Positions 32,247-41,755 of a stretch of DNA of 64,000 nucleotides are shown piece after piece (the stretch's first letter is position 1; each line of letters opens with the position of its first letter). Below the pieces are notes generated by a model. The model did not search any database. It worked only from the letters and a program-made list of their open reading frames with translations, and was not told where the DNA came from. The translations under genes were made by a program, and so were the position numbers. The stretch is from Waterburya sp. (GTDB taxonomy: Bacteria > Cyanobacteriota > Cyanobacteriia > Cyanobacteriales > Xenococcaceae), in NCBI GenBank assembly GCA_965217895.1, contig CBDCJV010000002.1, forward strand, positions 4,704,001-4,768,000. Reading direction: 5' to 3'.

Positions 32247-35200
32247 TTAACTATTACAGGGACTGACAATATTTTCTAAATGAAAATGAACATTATTTTG
32301 TCGGTCAAAAAAGACTACATCATAGGTCAGAGTAGTTTGCTCAACTTGAGTTATGCGCAGAGCAGCATTTAGAGTAGCCATAACAGTAGGCTGATAATAA
32401 CGAGTTACAGTTTTAAAATAAGCTGCTGGCAAAATCTTTAGATTTTGCTGTTCTTTTCCCCAAATAGTAGCTAGCTGGGATGCCGTATCAATTAATCCAG
32501 GATCGAACAACCAACGCGGTTTCGGCAATTTTAAAGAATTAAGCCAGCCTTGAGGATTGCTCAGGTTTACTTGAGCATCAAGCCCTTGATTATTGAGGTA
32601 ATTAACTTGATTAATTAGTTGAAGGCGTTGCTTTTTGGATAAGTGCTGCTGATAGATAGTATGTGCATCGAGATTATTTCCCTGCTTCAAAGCAGTAAAT
32701 GGTACTTGGGAAGTCTCTGCTAATTGAGGGCGTAATAAAACTGAGGCGCGATAGTAAGAAATATTTTCTTGTGTATTGACAAGTTCGACGGGAACAGAAA
32801 GTGAGCTTGAATCAGCGTGAGTCGAAGCACGAGCTTTAATGCTAATGAGTTTGCTTGACTGGGGTTCAATCGTCAATGTCTGGAGAACTTTTAAATCTCT
32901 GACTTCGACTATTGCCCAGTCTGACCAAGCCTTCTGGACAAATTCGGCGATCCACTCTAGAGCAACTACAGGGCTTAATTCCAGCAGACCACCTATTTGA
33001 TAATCCAAAAGGTAAGGATCGCTAGCTACTGTCAAAGCATGATCTAGAATAACGCTGCCATTTGGCTTGAGTTGCAGCTCAGAACGTATCAGTGGATAGT
33101 TTGAAATTGAATCGTCCTTGGCTTTTGATATCTTGTTTTTGCTATTTTCGTTTGCCAGTGCTGCTTCAGATATTTCCCAGGGTCCCTCTCCAGCAATCAC
33201 TTCCGCTGAGTTTAAACAGCCATGTAATATTTCTTGAAGAAAAAACTGTCGCCCTGAAGCTAAGGGGATAGGAATAATTTGTTGCTGGCGAAATTGACGC
33301 TTCACTTCAGCAGAAGCCATTCCAGTAGTATCCCAAGGACCCCAATTAATTGCTACAACTCGCGTAGAAGACCACTGATGATTAAGTTGCCAGGCAAAAC
33401 GATTAATAACTTCGTTGACCGAGCCATAGTCTGATTGACCTCGATTACCATAACGACCAGCTACAGAGCTAAAAATCACCAGTAATTTGAGCGTCTCTGG
33501 TCGCAGATGTCGCGCCAAGATATAAAGACTATCTGCCTTAGTATCAAAAACACGCTCAAATGATTCTGGAGTTTTATCAACAATTAGCTTGTCTTCGATT
33601 ACTCCTGCTCCATGAATTACTGCATCTAAACGCCCATAGCGTTGATAAATTTCCTCGATGATTGTTTTTAATTCGTTTTCTTGGCGAACATCGGCACTTA
33701 GATATTTGATTTGCGCCCCACTATTACCCAGGCGTTTAATGTTAAGCAAAATTTCTCTGTTTCTGAGAATTTGACGAATTGTAGATTCAATCTGGGCTGG
33801 AGTAACTTTAATTTGTTGCTCAATGGCTTGCTTAATCAGTATGCGTTTTAGGGTGGCAGAGTCGTCAATTCCCTGCGTTACTGGTGATTCACTAGCAGGT
33901 TGGGGAGAACGTCCGACCAAGATTAAGGTCATTTTTGCCTGAGCGATCGCCTCTGCCACTTCCGCAGTTATGCCTCTTGCGCCACCAGTTACTAAGATCA
34001 CCCAGTCAGATTTTGGGGTTAAAATTGGATTGCTAGCTGTGCTTAGTGGTGCCAGAACAGTTTTAAAAATAGTGCGCTGATTTTGGGGATAACCAACTTC
34101 CAGGCGATCGCCTATTAGAAGTTCCTGAACGACGAAATTACTTAAGGTTTGAGCGTCGCTGTGAGGCTCAAAATCTACCGCGATCGCCTGTACTCCAGCC
34201 CATTCTTTGACTAAGGTTTTAAGAATTCCTACCGCTCCGCCAGTGGTTGGTAAGCCCACTTTTGAGTGAGAACGCCCAAAGGCTCCGCCTAAGGTTGATG
34301 CAGAGAGTATATATGCCTCTTGGTTTTTACCTGCTGTCTGGAGGTCTTGAGAACATAGCTGTAGAAGATAATAAAAATTCTTGACCTGAACAGTTGCTGA
34401 GTTTCGCCACTCAGACAAACTTTCAGGAAGATCGGCTGTGGTTATTCCCGCCAAATGAACGATACCTTTTATCGAACCGTGACGTTGACGAAGCCGATCG
34501 ACAGATGCTTTAATGCTTTGTCGATTAAGCAAAGTTGTGCGAGGCAAAATAGCACAGATTGCCCCTTTACTTTGTAGTTGCTCTGCCACAATAGAAGCAC
34601 AATCACAAGAATCTTCAGTAATCAGAAAAAGTCCTTGAAGACATAGTGCTTCTCTAGAAGGCAAGTCTTCCTGAACTGCCTGCATCAGGTAGCGAGGAGT
34701 CTGTTCGATTAAATTTGTCAGAGTTAAAGTAGAACTAGAATTTGTTCCCACACCACCTCCGACTCTAGGCTTTCCCAGGCGAAAATCCCCCTCAATTGAC
34801 GCTAGCAATTGTTCGATGAGTGCATTGAGAGACTTAACTGCTGTCAAGCTTTCCATCTGCTGATTTAACCTGTCGGCGTGCTGGGCGGGAAGACTTTTTA
34901 GCAATGAACCGACTATTTCCACTCGCTTAATAGAATCGATACCTAATTCTGCTTCTAGATCTTGGTTTAGCCCTAGCATATCTGCAGGATAACCAGTAAG
35001 TTCACTGACTAACTTCAGTAACTGTTCGGTCAAGCTAGCTCGATCAAAAGCTGGGAGAGAAATCAAAGCGGATGATGCACCAGAATTATTCCCCAAAACT
35101 AGTGAATTATTCTCAGTCTCAAAAGAGCTAGGAGAAAGTACAGCTAATAATTGCTCGATGAGTGCATTAAGAGACTTAACGCTAGTTAAGTTTTCCATTT

Positions 35201-38200
35201 GCCGATTTAACCTGTCGGCTTGCTGGGCGGGAAGACTTTTTAATAATGAACCGACTATTTCCACTCGCTTAATAGAATCGATTCCTAATTCTGCTTCTAG
35301 ATCTTGGTTTAGCCCTAGCATATCTGAAGGATAACCAGTAAGATCACTGACTAAGCTTAGCAACTGGGTAGTTAGACTAGCACGATCAAACGAGGCAGGA
35401 TTTCTTGAAGAAGCAGATTTTCCTGAACTATTCCCAGGAGTTAAGATTGTTGGTGCTTGAGTAGAAAAGGGAACAGAAACAGAATTAATATTTGGTAGTG
35501 TTGTGGTGGGCGAACTACTACTCCGCCCATTTGATTTTTGTGACCCCATCATGGGAATATTTGAGGAAGCAGCAGCTACGGGCTGAAATTGGTTTTGGGT
35601 AATAGATGCTCTCGTCTCTGGAGATTGAGCAGAAGAGAATAATGAGCTTGCGCCATTGGAAACAGGAGCAGAATAAATTATCGGTGGCGCGGACATTGAT
35701 GGGATTTTTCTGCCATTGAAATTAGGCTCAGATGTTTGGGGAAGACTCAAAGGAGAATCAGCTATTGACTGGCTTCTAAGAGACTGAGAAGTTGAATTTG
35801 GCTGTCCTTGAATGCTAGCTAAAAACTGCCGCATTACCTGCTCTTGTACTGAAAGAAACTGGCGCATAGTTTCTTGATAAGCTTGATATGCCTCTAAAGC
35901 TATGGATTTTTCTTGGGTCATAGTGAGATTAGGACGATTAGCCTGGTGGGATAAATTTTGCTTGAAAGAATGCTTAGTTAAAGGGAGTTTTGAATGGGAG
36001 AAACCATTGTCAACTGGACTAGATCCTGACTGAACATGAATAGGTGATTGAAAACTGCTTGGTCTGACGGCAACTTGCTGGGGTATTCGCCCTCTATCTT
36101 CTTTGAGCGAAGTCAAAAGATGAGGTTGGGAATTTGGCGCAAATTTAGCTTGAATAGGTTGTGATTTGGTTGTTTGCTCCTGGGTTTGCTGAAATGTTTC
36201 ATAATTTAGATGAGGACGCTGACCTGGATGACCAACTGCTTCTGTGTGTGGTCTGGCAGTTCCGCCATTGACCAACCAAGCAGTTCTGGGGAGTGGAGGC
36301 TTGCTGGTTGTCGCCACCAAACGAGATAAATCTAGGACATTTACATCGCGTTCTGCAAATAAAGCAGATAAATTAAGTTTCACGCCTAAAATCGCTAACT
36401 GACCCAAAGATTGTAAAAGCCCATTCAGACCTCCGCCATTGCCATCCAAGGAAACACTGAGATGCTCTTTACCTTCCATAATCATGGTGGTCAATTTGGT
36501 TAATACGCTCTTCGGTCCAATCTCAATAAAAACACGAGCTCCATCGGCATACATCTGTTCAATTTGCTGAACAAATTCTACTGGAGCGAGCATATGCTGA
36601 GCTAGCTGCTCCTTGATAGCGGAGGGTTTAGAATCGTACGCCCTAGCGGTTACATTGCTGTAAACAGGTATTTGCGGAACGTTGATGGCAGTTTGCTTAA
36701 TGGCGATCGCTAATTGTTCGGCGGCTGATGTCATAAATGGCGTGTGAAAAGCTCCTGTAATGTCTAACATTTTGACTTGAAGCCCTTCATTTCTCATAGA
36801 ATTGACGACCTGCTCAACGCCCAGCCGCTTACCAGAAATAATCACCTGTAGAGGCGCATTATGGTTTGCTAGGCGTACCTCATTGACGTTTTCTAGGCGT
36901 TTGAGAATCTCTTCTCTCGAAAGTCTGGCTGCTGCCATAGCGCCTTCTGACTCAGCAAAAGCTTGAGCGCAGATGTGTCCCCTTAAAGCAGAAAGGCTGA
37001 TGTAGTCTTTTGCTGCCAAGCATCCTGCTGCCATAAGCGCGGTATATTCACCATAGCTGTGTCCCGCTACCATATCGGCTTTTAACTCCAGCCTTTTAGT
37101 GAAAGCCAGTAGACCAGTTTCTAAAGCACAAAGGGCGGGCTGTGCAACTTGGGTTGCCCGCAAATCCTTAATTTGTTTTGCTTCGTCTGCTGAGGAATAA
37201 GTACCTGGGGGATAAATATACTGGCTGATTAATTTAGGCAGTGTTCCCTGTATCTTGGCATCAACTACCTCAATCGCTTTTCTTACTTCTGGTAAATATA
37301 AGGCTGCTTCTCTTCCCATTTGTGGATACTGACATCCCTGTCCAGGAAACAGAAAAGCTACTTTTCCTGAGGCCAGAGCCTCATTTCTGGTAATAATTTT
37401 AATAAAGGGGGGTAGAGGGACGGTTCTACTTCCCCTAAGAGAATCTAAAGCAATAGCTAGAGCAGATTTTAACGCTTCTAATCCATCGGTGACGATGCTT
37501 AACCCTATTTTTAAATCGCACCGCTCAAATTCTAAAGCGTAAGTGTACGCTAAATCCCTTAGTCTAGGAGCAGCTCCTGCTTCTAAGGCAGCTAATAAAG
37601 TTTGTGCCTGATGCTGTAAGTCGTTTTGATCCGCAGCCGATAATAAAATTAATTCGTGGCTCCAAGCATCTCCTCCTGGAATTTCAGGGCTTAAGCTATG
37701 GCTATATTCTTCTAGTACCGCATGAAAATTTGTACCACCAAATCCAAACGCACTCACCGCGCCTCTACGGGGATAATTGGGAGAAGCAATCCAAGGTCGA
37801 GCATCTTTAATTAGATAAACGGGGCTATTCTCATCCTGAATCGGCTCTAAAGGATTTTCGACATTGCGATGAGGAGGCATAACTCGATGGTGCAGAGAGA
37901 GTGCCACCTTGATTAGAGCTGCTGCTCCAGCCGAGCTTTTGGTATGACCAATCATCGTTTTGACTGAACCAATAGCGCAAGACTTACTGGTTGCCTGATG
38001 ATCTTGAAGAGCCTGCAATAAAGTCTCTAATTCTGCACTGTCCCCTACGGAAGTTCCCGTGCCGTGAGCCTCATATAGATCGATAGTGCTGGGGGAGAAT
38101 CCTGCTTGGCTATAGGCTCTTTGGAAAGCTCTTTGTTGACCAGCAGGCAGAGGTGCGGTTAGTCCCAAGGCTTTTCCATCGCTGGAGCTAGAAACTGCCT

Positions 38201-41117
38201 TGATCACAGCATAAATGCGATCGCCATCTCTCTTTGCATCTGCTAAACGCTTTAAGACAACTATGCCAGTACCTTCACTAATAGCGATTCCGTCCGCATC
38301 TTGATCGAAACTGTGGCATTTTCCTCTAGGAGACAAGGCTTGGGTTTTGCTAAAGGCAGAAAAGGCAAATGGACTCTGAACGGTATCGACTCCGCCTGCA
38401 ATGGCGACATTGGCTTGCCCAGTCACAAGTTCCTTAGCTGCCAAGTCAATAGCTGCCAAAGAGGATGCACAGGCTGCATCAACCGTAAAATTAGAGCCAC
38501 CAAGATCGAAGCGACTAGCTATTCGACCCGCAACTACATTCAACAACATTCCAGGGAAAGAATCTTCCGTCCATTCTGGTAAACGTTCCCAGGATTCTGC
38601 TGAAGTCGAACCAATGATTCGCGGAATTTCTGAACGAGCTGCATATTGTTGACCCAAATCGCCCACACCACCACCACAGCCAAGAATCACGCAGGTATTT
38701 TCTCGATCAAAATTTCCATCTTCATAACCAGCATCAATCAATGCCAGGCGAACAGCTTCTAACGTAATTAGCTGCATCGGCTCAATAAATTTTAGAGACT
38801 TGGGCGGAATCCCAAAGCGCAGCGGATCGAAGACGACATCATCGAGAAACCCACCCCACTTGGAATAAATCTTATCTTTGGCATGGCGATCTTCATCATA
38901 GTAGATACGCCAATCCCATCTTGACTGAGGAATTTCGGTGATTGCATCCACTTTGTTAAGTATATTTTCCCAATACTGCTGTGGATTGTTCGCTTTGGGC
39001 AATAATGTTGCTATGCCTACAATGGCAATATCTGCCTGCTTGCTAGAGCTAAAGTTCGCTGAACTTGAGGTCAGTTGGGATAAATAATCTGTTCCAGTTA
39101 CGCAGACATCTTCATGTAGTTTTTGAACACTATATAGCTCGTCTCTTAGAGTTGCTACCTGACCAATCATATACATACCATCTGCGACCTGTCGCTCTTC
39201 TTCGACAGTTACTATGTCACCTGTGGCATCCCGCTGCAGACCTTTGGATGCAACACGCAGACGACCTAAAGTCAGATCTTCTAAAGCTTCTTTGATTCGT
39301 TCTGTAGATTCTCCTGCCGCCGTCATAAGGCGACGGGTTTCATAAAACTCTAAAGCAAATGGTGTAACTGCACAGCGACTAGCGTGTCCAGGTCCAGTTT
39401 CCAAGTTCACAGTTTTTTTACAGGCTAAAACTTCAGTCTGAAATTTTGGGACGATCGCTCCATGTTGAACTGCTTCATTAGTCAAGGTGTAGGCTGTACC
39501 CATCAGCACTCCAATCCGAAATCCTCTCTCGGCTAAAGGGGCTGCCATACAAGAAATCATTGCTGCGGAGCGACCATCGTGAATGCCCCCTGCAAAGAAA
39601 ACGTGAACTTCAGACTCTGTGCCCGATGGCGTATGTTGCAGTAAAGCATCAATCATACTTTCCCAAAGCACGAAACTGCTCAAGGGACCTACATGACCGC
39701 CACATTCTCGCCCTTCAAAAATGAATCTTCTTGCTCCTGCCTCTAAAAATATCTTGAGCAAGGTTGGTGTCGGCACGTGAAGATAGGTAGCAATCCCTTC
39801 TGCTTCAAGCTTTGTAGCCTGATCGGGGCGACCTCCAGCTATGATAGCAAAAGGAGGTTTGATAGCGCGGATAACCTCTAGCTGCTTTTCGCGTAAAGCA
39901 TGAGGAACAAAGCCCAAAATCCCCACCCCCCAGGAACGTCCTGCCATTAATTTCTGAGCTTGGGTGAGTAATGTTTGTACCTGGGATTGACGCATCATCG
40001 CTAAAGCTAGCATCGGTAAACCTCCACCCTGAGCGATCGCCTGGGCAAATTCAGCCACGTCACTAACTCTGGTCATGGGACCTTGCATGATCGGAAACTT
40101 GGTTTTGTGGGAAACTGCTAATGGCGAATCAGGCTGGAGTGGGCGCAGTTCTTTTGCCTTTTGAATGTGTTCTTCGCTGGCTTTAAGCAAAGCCTGGATT
40201 AAGCGCCCGGTAGTTTTATATAGACCCGCAAACTTGGCTGCTAATCCTACAGCTTGCCCCATGGGACAAGCAACGGTACGAGGATCTCCCCAGCCTATAA
40301 GAGCCTCGGCTTGCTGTCGCCAAACTCTCGTTCTGGTTGGAGAATCTCCCTGTTGGACTTCTAATTCTTCAGCCAGAGATTGAAGTACTTCAACTTGGCG
40401 AAAACCAGGACGGGAAAGAACTCGATAAGATTGCCCCAAACGTTCTCCTACAATAATTGCTTCCTGCCCGTTGAGATTTTTTAGATAACCGCGCATTTGA
40501 ACCGTCAGCGGTGATTCTGGCATTAACCATAGTTGGTCATCGAGAAATACTCCCGCAGCTCCCGCAGCTCGACAAGCTGCTGCTGTATGTATGCCAATCC
40601 CGCCCTGGACATAAATAGGCGTAGATCCTGCTTGGCACAGTTGTTGAGTCAAAATAAAGGCTGAGGTATCGCTACCCCAGCCTCCTGCTTCATGTCCCTT
40701 TGCTACTAGTCCTGAAACCTGAATCCCATTAGACTCCAGTTTTATCGCTTCTTCTAGGCTAAAAACTTCGAGGAGTATTTGCCGATTAGGTAATTCAGGT
40801 AAAGCTGCCAAACATGATGGCAATGAATCAATTGACCAGTCGCAAATCACTAACCAGTGCGACCTTTTAGCAAAATCACTCAGTAAAGTTTTGTAGTGAG
40901 CAACTTGATTTTCCTTGAGGCGCAAGCCAATCTCTTCCTCAGGCTTGGTAAAGTTCAGCAACTGCTGCCAATTACTTAGAACTAATTCTTGTTCATTTTT
41001 GTGACTAAATTCCAAATCTAATAACCCTACTCCTCCAGCCCTGGCAGCAGCGATCGCCACTTTGGCATGAGTTAATCCAGCCGGTATCAAGGCAAAGCAG
41101 CGGAATAGATTCATCAT
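32247..41117 (-). CDS. Iterative type I PKS: tandem FMN (FabK/NMO-like) ER barrels-KS-AT-ACP-ACP-KR-DH-like
   Basis: KGHEAGG and EGRECGGH barrels; KS DAACASS/EAHGTGT/GHTK; AT GHSYG/GAFH; two GIDSIKRVEI ACPs; KR TGGARGIT…QSDYGSVN; C-terminal hot-dog domain with DPGLID. Confidence 0.95.
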   Translation of the reverse strand: MMNLFRCFALIPAGLTHAKVAIAAARAGGVGLLDLEFSHKNEQELVLSNWQQLLNFTKPEEEIGLRLKENQVAHYKTLLSDFAKRSHWLVICDWSIDSLPSCLAALPELPNRQILLEVFSLEEAIKLESNGIQVSGLVAKGHEAGGWGSDTSAFILTQQLCQAGSTPIYVQGGIGIHTAAACRAAGAAGVFLDDQLWLMPESPLTVQMRGYLKNLNGQEAIIVGERLGQSYRVLSRPGFRQVEVLQSLAEELEVQQGDSPTRTRVWRQQAEALIGWGDPRTVACPMGQAVGLAAKFAGLYKTTGRLIQALLKASEEHIQKAKELRPLQPDSPLAVSHKTKFPIMQGPMTRVSDVAEFAQAIAQGGGLPMLALAMMRQSQVQTLLTQAQKLMAGRSWGVGILGFVPHALREKQLEVIRAIKPPFAIIAGGRPDQATKLEAEGIATYLHVPTPTLLKIFLEAGARRFIFEGRECGGHVGPLSSFVLWESMIDALLQHTPSGTESEVHVFFAGGIHDGRSAAMISCMAAPLAERGFRIGVLMGTAYTLTNEAVQHGAIVPKFQTEVLACKKTVNLETGPGHASRCAVTPFALEFYETRRLMTAAGESTERIKEALEDLTLGRLRVASKGLQRDATGDIVTVEEERQVADGMYMIGQVATLRDELYSVQKLHEDVCVTGTDYLSQLTSSSANFSSSKQADIAIVGIATLLPKANNPQQYWENILNKVDAITEIPQSRWDWRIYYDEDRHAKDKIYSKWGGFLDDVVFDPLRFGIPPKSLKFIEPMQLITLEAVRLALIDAGYEDGNFDRENTCVILGCGGGVGDLGQQYAARSEIPRIIGSTSAESWERLPEWTEDSFPGMLLNVVAGRIASRFDLGGSNFTVDAACASSLAAIDLAAKELVTGQANVAIAGGVDTVQSPFAFSAFSKTQALSPRGKCHSFDQDADGIAISEGTGIVVLKRLADAKRDGDRIYAVIKAVSSSSDGKALGLTAPLPAGQQRAFQRAYSQAGFSPSTIDLYEAHGTGTSVGDSAELETLLQALQDHQATSKSCAIGSVKTMIGHTKSSAGAAALIKVALSLHHRVMPPHRNVENPLEPIQDENSPVYLIKDARPWIASPNYPRRGAVSAFGFGGTNFHAVLEEYSHSLSPEIPGGDAWSHELILLSAADQNDLQHQAQTLLAALEAGAAPRLRDLAYTYALEFERCDLKIGLSIVTDGLEALKSALAIALDSLRGSRTVPLPPFIKIITRNEALASGKVAFLFPGQGCQYPQMGREAALYLPEVRKAIEVVDAKIQGTLPKLISQYIYPPGTYSSADEAKQIKDLRATQVAQPALCALETGLLAFTKRLELKADMVAGHSYGEYTALMAAGCLAAKDYISLSALRGHICAQAFAESEGAMAAARLSREEILKRLENVNEVRLANHNAPLQVIISGKRLGVEQVVNSMRNEGLQVKMLDITGAFHTPFMTSAAEQLAIAIKQTAINVPQIPVYSNVTARAYDSKPSAIKEQLAQHMLAPVEFVQQIEQMYADGARVFIEIGPKSVLTKLTTMIMEGKEHLSVSLDGNGGGLNGLLQSLGQLAILGVKLNLSALFAERDVNVLDLSRLVATTSKPPLPRTAWLVNGGTARPHTEAVGHPGQRPHLNYETFQQTQEQTTKSQPIQAKFAPNSQPHLLTSLKEDRGRIPQQVAVRPSSFQSPIHVQSGSSPVDNGFSHSKLPLTKHSFKQNLSHQANRPNLTMTQEKSIALEAYQAYQETMRQFLSVQEQVMRQFLASIQGQPNSTSQSLRSQSIADSPLSLPQTSEPNFNGRKIPSMSAPPIIYSAPVSNGASSLFSSAQSPETRASITQNQFQPVAAASSNIPMMGSQKSNGRSSSSPTTTLPNINSVSVPFSTQAPTILTPGNSSGKSASSRNPASFDRASLTTQLLSLVSDLTGYPSDMLGLNQDLEAELGIDSIKRVEIVGSLLKSLPAQQADRLNRQMENLTSVKSLNALIEQLLAVLSPSSFETENNSLVLGNNSGASSALISLPAFDRASLTEQLLKLVSELTGYPADMLGLNQDLEAELGIDSIKRVEIVGSLLKSLPAQHADRLNQQMESLTAVKSLNALIEQLLASIEGDFRLGKPRVGGGVGTNSSSTLTLTNLIEQTPRYLMQAVQEDLPSREALCLQGLFLITEDSCDCASIVAEQLQSKGAICAILPRTTLLNRQSIKASVDRLRQRHGSIKGIVHLAGITTADLPESLSEWRNSATVQVKNFYYLLQLCSQDLQTAGKNQEAYILSASTLGGAFGRSHSKVGLPTTGGAVGILKTLVKEWAGVQAIAVDFEPHSDAQTLSNFVVQELLIGDRLEVGYPQNQRTIFKTVLAPLSTASNPILTPKSDWVILVTGGARGITAEVAEAIAQAKMTLILVGRSPQPASESPVTQGIDDSATLKRILIKQAIEQQIKVTPAQIESTIRQILRNREILLNIKRLGNSGAQIKYLSADVRQENELKTIIEEIYQRYGRLDAVIHGAGVIEDKLIVDKTPESFERVFDTKADSLYILARHLRPETLKLLVIFSSVAGRYGNRGQSDYGSVNEVINRFAWQLNHQWSSTRVVAINWGPWDTTGMASAEVKRQFRQQQIIPIPLASGRQFFLQEILHGCLNSAEVIAGEGPWEISEAALANENSKNKISKAKDDSISNYPLIRSELQLKPNGSVILDHALTVASDPYLLDYQIGGLLELSPVVALEWIAEFVQKAWSDWAIVEVRDLKVLQTLTIEPQSSKLISIKARASTHADSSSLSVPVELVNTQENISYYRASVLLRPQLAETSQVPFTALKQGNNLDAHTIYQQHLSKKQRLQLINQVNYLNNQGLDAQVNLSNPQGWLNSLKLPKPRWLFDPGLIDTASQLATIWGKEQQNLKILPAAYFKTVTRYYQPTVMATLNAALRITQVEQTTLTYDVVFFDRQNNVHFHLENIVSPCNS
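34801..35390 (-). repeat. Tandem ACP-coding duplication (34801-35048 and 35143-35390)
   Basis: Two ~248-bp copies offset by 342 bp with long identical nucleotide runs. Confidence 0.9.
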
Positions 41118-41236
41118 TAAATACTTCTCAAAGTTTTGTTAGCACTACATTTACGGTCATCAGTTGCGTTACAGCATAATTACTTGCGTAGATGTACTGA
41201 GCTACCTGTACTTATACATCACTTTTCTTAAATAAT

Positions 41237-41250
41237 GTAATTCAAATTAC
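41237..41250. promoter_or_regulatory. Possible NtcA-type site GTA-N8-TAC in the divergent promoter region
   Basis: tGTAattcaaatTACt; the region is very AT-rich, so a chance match is possible. Confidence 0.3.
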
Positions 41251-41755
41251 TAATTTAAATTTTGAAACATATAATTATTTCTCATTAATTACAAGGTAAC
41301 AAAATGTAACTTTATAATCGATCAATAGCATTGATAATAAAGCTGTTTGCTAATAATAATATTTAGTAAATCAAAGATGCAAAAGACCCAGTATGTATCA
41401 AAAAATACAGAAAAACCAGAATAATTAACTTTATATCGATAAGCGCGGAAAAAATTTTTCCTAGTTTTAAATTTCAAATTGATGATAACGTGAGACTGTA
41501 AATTTAAAATAATTTTTAGATTTACCCTCAATTTCACGTCTAAAGTTTTCTAATAGTTGAGCTACCAAATTGGCAATTTAGTCGTGCATTCTACGTAATT
41601 TCTGCTAGAGTTCAACCACTGTCTTAACTAGAAACATTCAGCAGCGGGCATAACAATTTTTTAACCTAGCTCAATACTCTTCTACTTGTATGTAGTTCCC
41701 ATCATAAACAGATGATTTTGCACAACCCTTCATTTTTAACGGAGAAAATTAAATC

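Noticed and set aside
27499..41117. Heterocyst glycolipid (hgl) or olefin (ols) synthase identity
   Set aside because: No KS-CLF pair or terminal reductase as in hgl; no FAAL or fused ST-TE as in Ols/CurM
41322..41537. 71-aa ORF in the divergent region as a possible precursor peptide
   Set aside because: GTG start, AT-rich low-information sequence, no leader or core features
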